Of a stretch of 64,000 nt of DNA, positions 60,493 to 64,000 are shown one piece after another. The translations under genes were made by a program, and so were the position numbers. Each line of letters opens with the position of its first letter. Position 1 is the first letter of the stretch. The notes beneath the pieces were generated by a model. That model searched no databases and had not been told where the DNA came from. It was given only the letters and a program-made list of their open reading frames with translations. The stretch is from Setoptus koraiensis. Lineage: Eukaryota > Animalia > Arthropoda. The stretch is from NCBI GenBank assembly GCA_048013815.1, contig CM106585.1:5208001-5272000 (forward strand), given 5' to 3'.

Positions 60493-63400
60493 ATGAAAAC
60501 CGCCGGTTCTAACCGTCCGGCCACTGGTCTAAGATCTGCAAATTACACTGGTTTCAGTTCTATTAATGGAAGCAATTTTCTCAGCAACTTCTTTCTGAGG
60601 TCATCTTATCAAAACTATACCTCACGGTATCGTTCATCTGATACAGCGGGACCTCGATCAAGTAAAAGCAGTCGATTTGACCCATTGAATCAGCGTGGCA
60701 TGATGAATATAGTTTCTGCAAACAAGGCCAATAAGGATCCATTATCGTCTATAATCAGCAAAGAGAAAACAACTATCTATGACAAGATGAAACAATTGGA
60801 GAAAAATATTCACGAACTAGTAGAGTCAAGTTATGTAGCTGCGTCAAGGGGAGAAATGAAACTAGCCCTGATCAAGGCACAAGACGCCCAATCTAAGATG
60901 GTCGCGCTGAAGAAAATCTATGACAAACTAATGTCCATGATGGAACGATCGTCGTCCATATCGCCCACTGAAAGCAAGCAAGCTGAGGATAGACACGAAA
61001 GAGATTATTCCGATACAATCAATGATTCTGCCATACCGATAACCACTGGAGTCAACATCAACGAAGGCATAATTATGGTAAAGGCAAACTTATTAATGCA
61101 ATTACTTCGAAACGGTCAGCTTAATCATGCCATAGAGATCTATAATGAATTGAATAACAGGTCCTCTTCATTGGATAGTAAAGATTCAACTAGCGAAAAA
61201 GTGATTGCTCGATTAGGTATAAGTATTGCGAACGAATATTTCCATCAAAGTCAACACCAGCGAGCCTTGAAATATTATAGGTTGACTTTAGACAGAATTT
61301 CATCCAGTGATTATAACAATTTTAGAATAAAGATTATGTGCAATATAGGCTTGACATTCATAAAATCGAAACAATTGAGTGATGCAATTACATCTTATCA
61401 ACATATTATGACTGATAGTAATAGTTTATTGCAACGAAACATCTCAAACAATATCCATCATCATCAGTGCGGCCTTTATCTGATATTGTGTCAATACCTA
61501 ATAAAAGATAGGGATTCTATCGAAATATCTTTTCAAAAGTTGATAGAGACAAATGTATCAAATCAATTTAACGATCCAATGAATTCAAGCAATCAAACAA
61601 ACCAGACCTCGACTTCATCAGGTGGCATAGTTGGAGGGGTCAGATCTGTGGCAGTAGACTCTGAGAGTTTGAAGGATATTTCATTCACCGGGCGTAAATC
61701 AACAGCGATTAAAGTATCATCTCCGACAGAATATAATCTCAACTTAAGATCTGTCGCACTTAGATTTTTGTCAGCAAAAGAAACATTGTCTAACTCCAAT
61801 AATACCAACGACATCAGACCAAGTCTGACTAGCTATTCTACCACCACGAAAGTCTATCAGCAAGCTGATCCAGCCTACGATTTAAGTCCAGATCTAGCAT
61901 TGAACAACAATAGAGGAGAACTAGACCAGACGACATCATTGTCATTAGTGAGAAGTGCCATCAAGAACGATCCATTACATAAATTGATAAAAGCAAAGTT
62001 AAACCAAATACAGCGCTGTATAATTATGGCAGCTAAATTGTTATCCAGATTGGACGATTCTCAACCTAGTTCGAAAACCGAACCCAATTCGAATGCGAAT
62101 ATTGATGAAAAATCCTTTGCTAGTTCATCCTCTAGAAAAACAACCGATAACCAGACTAGTGATAATGTTGGCCGAACTAGCAACACCGGCAAAAAGAACT
62201 CGGATCGTGGTATTCAATTTTGCCTGAACTTGTTACAAAATTCGAAATATTTCAGCAATTTAACAAGTGATCTTGAGATTAGCAAAGCGACTCGATTCAT
62301 AGACCGACAGCAATTTGATCAGGCCATTGAAACATTGAAAACAATGGAATCCAACCATAATCCGAGATCGTCCTCAATGGCAGCGACCAACCTATCCTTA
62401 CTATATCTTTTAAAGGACGAGTTCGCATTAGCTCATAAATACGCCGAACATGCCATTTCCACAGACCCGTTCAATGCCAACGCTCATGTAAACATGGGGA
62501 ACAGTCTGTTCCACCAGAAAAACTTTGAATTAGCAGAAATCTGCTATAACAAAGCAATCGAGGCGAATGTCAACTGCATGGAGGCCCACTACAACCTGGC
62601 CCTATTGTATAGAGTGAACAATAAAATGAACGAATCCCTTCAATTGCTATCTAAATTGGAGTCCACTGTTAAATCTTTCCATCCCTTGATGGTTCAACCG
62701 ATAAAGATGTAAGTAGTAAAGTTTTCATTAGTGCTCTCTCATGAATGTCTCATAGAGGAGTATTCATAAAATAATTCCATCCTACAGGACTACCATCTAA
62801 CTAAATTATGTATTATGTTCCCTACATCTTTAACAGATACATGAATATGAATGACCATAAAAAATCAATAAGTTTGCTTGAAAACATGATAAATGTCAAC
62901 CCAGCAGATCCGACGTTACTTATAGAAATGAGTAAATTAGCAGAATCGCACGAGGACTACTCGAACCTGAAAATTCTGACGGATGTAAGTTTTTGAGATA
63001 AAAAATACTACCAGTTTTGTTATCGTTTATTCGCCGCTATTTGGATATAGATTAACTTAACTCTTTCGCTCTCAATATCTTTTGCCGTCATTCTGCCAGG
63101 CTTACAAGTGTCTGCCATCGTATATCAAGACATTAGAGAGACTAGTTGCCATTTACATCGATGGAGGTGCTTACGAGAAGGCCATAGAGATATTGGAGGA
63201 GTGCACAATCCACAGGTAAGCACAATCAATTGAAATAGAGACTCTCCAGTTCATGATTGTGTTTCTGTCCTTATGATTTACTTATTTGTGCATACTTTAT
63301 CTATCTATAGACCTGACCAAGATAAGTGGCCCCTTATGATTGCCGCTTGTTACAGGAGGTCAGGAGATTATCACCGTGCACTGAACATTTACAGAAGGAT

Positions 63401-63794
63401 CAACTCAATGTTTCCTGAGAATACGATTTGCTTGAAAAGTCTTGCAAGACTGTGTAATGATCTGGGACTTGAAGAGGGAAAACTTTACGAATCTAAGCTA
63501 GCTAGGATGCTAAAAAGATCATCGCCGGACCAACAATCCAGGGTAGCAAACGATGACATGAGAGAGTCCAAATCGTCATTAGAGGGCTCTTCAATAATAT
63601 CATCTCGATCTCCATTTAATAGTTCGAATGATCTGGTCCAGCAAAATACATTCAAACCATCCAGAGAGGATGTTATATCAAGAAAGGAAACAATCATAGA
63701 GGAAGATCTACTCAAAATCTCTGCCCGACCTTCAACGACAGAGATGAGAAGGGAAGAGCCTCACTTTGATTCTGTTGGTGTCTGGGATAATTAA
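60493..63794 (+). CDS. IFT88: Intraflagellar transport protein 88 (polaris/nompB), join(60493..62708,62837..62984,63100..63215,63311..63794), ~987 aa
   Basis: RPATG, DPLNQ, LEKNIHELVESS...KLALIKAQDA, IIMAAKL, DLEISKA, AATNLSLLY, NAHVNMGN, EAHYNLAL and KWPLMIAACYRRSGDYHRAL...FPEN..CL..L.RLC.DLGL. The three 3' introns are phase-consistent. Confidence 0.9.
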
Positions 63795-64000
63795 AGAAAT
63801 TGGCCTAGCTAAGAAACACCATGAGCAAACAAAAAAAAACTGCAAACTGTAAGTATTTATTCAGTGAGAGGTCCGATTGAAGGTTCGGTCAATGACTGGT
63901 TTCCTCTTAAGGTAGAAATTATCAATTAATTGAACCTTCTATTGAGCATGTTTTTCGGATTTAGATTGTTCCGGTTTGCCAAGAACTTTCTTTCTTTGAC

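Overview
Eukaryotic, gene-dense, intron-poor DNA rich in microsatellites (CAA/CAG, CA, GT, TA). A mu-class GST, a tail-anchored monoamine oxidase, a masquerade-type clip motif and the extreme compaction suggest an acariform mite, possibly eriophyoid-like (inference). Recognised genes in order: orphan Q/S/T-rich membrane protein (+), Warts/LATS kinase (+), CTR9 (-), tRNA-Ser(AGA) (+), MAO (+) with a miniature NCOA6-like ORF nested in intron 1, MTUS-like coiled-coil protein (+), POLR3F (-), RFC4 (+), IFT57 (+), PEX12 (-), MCCC2 (+), a chimeric clip-domain gene (-), MBOAT1/2 (-), Piezo (-), CIB2/3 (+), a hidden 3-exon small secreted protein (+), GST-mu (-), PAGR1 (-), ABCB7 (+) and IFT88 (+). Four observations stand out. 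(1) A 1.8 kb insert is flanked by a 188/189 bp direct repeat (~95% identical). It creates a gene in which a masquerade-type clip domain is fused in frame to a copy of the MBOAT C-terminus and 3' end. (2) Piezo is intronless and begins at blade unit THU4, apparently lacking the three distal blade units. (3) A same-strand nested mini-NCOA6 and Warts both lack PPxY motifs, and a compact PAGR1 lies in the same window. (4) Canonical RFX X-boxes precede IFT57 and IFT88, and a degenerate one precedes CIB. All exon models come from manual reading of GT-AG sites and reading phase. Homology calls rest on remembered family motifs, not on database searches.
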